The notes beneath the pieces are model-generated. The model was given only the letters and a program-made list of their open reading frames with translations. It ran no database searches and had not been told where the DNA came from. A program made the position numbers and the translations under genes. 41,301 nucleotides of DNA. Origin: Welwitschia mirabilis. Lineage: Eukaryota. Positions 38,501 to 41,301 of this stretch are shown here, piece by piece. Location: the NCBI GenBank assembly GCA_051453625.1, contig JBOZIK010000001.1, positions 39,240,766 to 39,282,066 on the forward strand, given 5' to 3'. Position 1 is the first letter of the stretch, and every line of letters begins with the position of its first letter.

Positions 38501-40110
38501 NNNNNNNNNNNNNNNNNNNNNNNNNNNNNNNNNNNNNNNNNNNNNNNNNNNNNNNNNNNNNNNNNNNNNNNNNNNNNNNNNNNNNNNNNNNNNNNNNNNN
38601 NNNNNNNNNNNNNNNNNNNNNNNNNNNNNNNNNNNNNNNNNNNNNNNNNNNNNNNNNNNNNNNNNNNNNNNNNNNNNNNNNNNNNNNNNNNNNNNNNNNN
38701 NNNNNNNNNNNNNNNNNNNNNNNNNNNNNNNNNNNNNNNNNNNNNNNNNNNNNNNNNNNNNNNNNNNNNNNNNNNNNNNNNNNNNNNNNNNNNNNNNNNN
38801 NNNNNNNNNNNNNNNNNNNNNNNNNNNNNNNNNNNNNNNNNNNNNNNNNNNNNNNNNNNNNNNNNNNNNNNNNNNNNNNNNNNNNNNNNNNNNNNNNNNN
38901 NNNNNNNNNNNNNNNNNNNNNNNNNNNNNNNNNNNNNNNNNCATCTCTTTTAAAAACTTCTTTTATCCATTAGTGTTGAATATATAGTTACTTGTGCCTT
39001 TCATCCTCAAACCAATGGTCAAGCTAAAAATGCAAATAGAGAAATCAAAAAAATGCTTCAAAAATTACTCTTTATTAATAAGAAAACTTGGTTCTTTAAA
39101 ATTAATGATGTTCTTTGGATTTATTGTACTATTTGACATAACTCTCTAGGTTTCTCACCCTATAAACTTATGTACAGTAAAGTGTGTGTATTATCAGTTG
39201 ATGTTTGCTATAATTCTTATTGATTCACCCATCAACTTAACCTTGTTGACTTGAAGGAAAATGTTAAAATTTGACTGGTCCAACTTGACCATTCATNNNN
39301 NNNNNNNNNNNNNNNNNNNNNNNNNNNNNNNNNNNNNNNNNNNNNNNNNNNNNNNNNNNNNNNNNNNNNNNNNNNNNNNNNNNNNNNNNNNNNNNNNNNN
39401 NNNNNNNNNNNNNNNNNNNNNNNNNNNNNNNNNNNNNNNNNNNNNNNNNNNNNNNNNNNNNNNNNNNNNNNNNNNNNNNNNNNNNNNNNNNNNNNNNNNN
39501 NNNNNNNNNNNNNNNNNNNNNNNNNNNNNNNNNNNNNNNNNNNNNNNNNNNNNNNNNNNNNNNNNNNNNNNNNNNNNNNNNNNNNNNNNNNNNNNNNNNN
39601 NNNNNNNNNNNNNNNNNNNNNNNNNNNNNNNNNNNNNNNNNNNNNNNNNNNNNNNNNNNNNNNNNNNNNNNNNNNNNNNNNNNNNNNNNNNNNNNNNNNN
39701 NNNNNNNNNNNNNNNNNNNNNNNNNNNNNNNNNNNNNNNNNNNNNNNNNNNNNNNNNNNNNNNNNNNNNNNNNNNNNNNNNNNNNNNNNNNNNNNNNNNN
39801 NNNNNNNNNNNNNNNNNNNNNNNNNNNNNNNNNNNNNNNNNNNNNNNNNNNNNNNNNNNNNNNNNNNNNNNNNNNNNNNNNNNNAAAGATTATTCATAAA
39901 TAGTTTAAACCTGGTTAAATTATCCTTTTGTACAACACTTGAGTACATCTTTTACATAATAAGTTAACTTCTAAATGATTAGGTCCTTATATTATAGAAA
40001 AAATACACTCAAATGGCTTAGTTAAAATCTCTGATCTAAACACTAGAGAAATCCAAAAGGTTAATGAATAAAGATTAAAACTTTATGAGTTATCTCTTAA
40101 TAAACCTTGA
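35503..40110 (+). pseudogene. Athila-like pol remnant (PR-RT-RH-INT) with large gaps; a second PR copy lies at ~34680-34940
   Basis: Motifs: ALIDIEASVNIM, PLLLGRAF, HKIYLEDNAKPIR, LLDGYSGYNQI, KTTFTSSFGTFAF, FMNDFSIFG, FELMCDASNIAVGGVLGQ, ARLIRWILLMQEFNL, PWYANIVNYL, FHPQTNGQA, KVNE*RLKLY (~40057). Confidence 0.93.
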
Positions 40111-41301
40111 ACATGATAGAAGCACTTATTTGGAAGCCCCTCTTCATGAGGAGGACCTTTCTTTTGTCATTATTTGAATTCTTTCTTAACTTATTCCTTA
40201 GGTAAATATCATGTTATCACTTTAATATCTTTAACTTGAGATATGTATTTAATTATAAAGTTTCTATGATTAGTAATATTTTACTTAGGCATTTTTAATG
40301 ATAAGATTAACTTCATTCAATTTTTAGACTTTGTATGTTTATGAACTTCATTTTGGAAGGAAGATGCCTTAGTTCTTCTATTATCTTTCAATGATGTAAG
40401 TCAATTAGTTTTTTTTGCATGTTCTTACTTTGTTACTCATCTCATTCCTTCACTTTTATCCTTATAAGTACTTGGTCATATGGAATAATACTTTAAAAAA
40501 AAAAAAAAGGAAGATGAAGAAGAAGAAGAAAATAAGAAGAATAAAACCATGCTCTTTCATGTTATATCTCCAAAACATGATAATCACAATGTCCTATCGC
40601 AAGTGCATCAGGGTAAATATTCTCAGTAGGAGCTTTTGGTAGTGTAATATGATAATTGTGGGAACTCCACTGAGGGGTCAGTTGGTCATGCTATGTGGGT
40701 CCTTACTCCTCTGACAGTGGTTGCACTCCCCTCATCATGGAACAATAAATTGCATTTCAAGGCTACGAGATCAGTGATGTCCCTGGTGTCATCAGAGACA
40801 TTGCTTGTTTTCTAGACTTACTTTTCTTTAATTATTTCTAGTACTTCCACATGANNNNNNNNNNNNNNNNNNNNNNNNNNNNNNNNNNNNNNNNNNNNNN
40901 NNNNNNNNNNNNNNNNNNNNNNNNNNNNNNNNNNNNNNNNNNNNNNNNNNNNNNCCCTGGTGTCATCAGAGACATTGCTTGTTTTCTAGACTTAATTTTC
41001 TTTAATTATTTCTAGTACTTCCACATGATTACTCTACTTTCTAGATTCTATTAATTATTTTGATATAGTAGCTTATAAGTTCCTATTTTAAAATAGTTTT
41101 TTATCTTATCTTTCATTGTTTGATAATATTATCATACTCAACATCATTATAATCATTGTCTATTTGAGTAGAACTTTATGAATTTTTACATTATGCTATG
41201 CATTATTCTCAGGTGATTATATGATTATTTCTAAGGGCATTTGTTAGATTAGCATTTAAAGTAAGAAAGCAATCTTCTTTATGTTCCTAGTTATCCATTT
41301 T

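Larger units (their letters stand above)
6333..40954. other. Assembly gaps: about 15 placeholder 100-N gaps, plus differently sized gaps at ~35464, 36153, 37967 and 39297
   Basis: N runs read directly; the 100-N gaps have duplicated flanks. Confidence 0.95.
28532..41301 (+). mobile_element. Decayed Athila-like Ty3/gypsy element (5' LTR, PBS, gag-pol, start of 3' region), nested in the minus-strand element; 3' LTR not in window
   Basis: LTR with TG...CA ends, Asp-type PBS, then gag, PR, RT, RH and INT in gypsy order without a chromodomain. Confidence 0.92.

Noticed and set aside
36089..39948. Long ORFs in the track (346, 326, 238, 212 aa and other X-rich ORFs)
   Set aside because: They consist mostly of N-gap codons and are artefacts.

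Overview
AT-rich, gene-free, gapped eukaryotic sequence, almost certainly from a plant. It is made of nested, decayed LTR retrotransposons, and no intact CDS, RNA gene or CRISPR array is supportable. From left to right: (1) the 3' end of an element with a dead env-like coiled-coil ORF, a PPT and a 3' LTR (2339-~3445); (2) a + strand chromovirus-type Ty3/gypsy element (Tekay/Del-like, PR-RT-RH-INT-chromodomain, 3' LTR starting at 11205); (3) a + strand Ty1/copia RT-RNase H fragment, SIRE-like (~15600-19830); (4) a - strand Athila-like pol plus 3' region (~19830-28531); (5) a + strand Athila-like element (5' LTR 28532-29890, tRNA-Asp-type PBS, gag-pol to ~40110) inserted into the protease of element 4. 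Most 100-N gaps are flanked by duplicated sequence, either near-identical or about 90% identical by eye. The scaffold therefore seems to interleave two, locally three, versions of one locus. I found no convincing new biological system. The most interesting observations are a palindromic stem-loop repeat family in the LTR and leader, related LTRs on elements 1 and 5, fossil accessory ORFs, and heavy C>T/G>A decay. Lineage names come from motif recognition by eye, not database searches, and internal boundaries are approximate.
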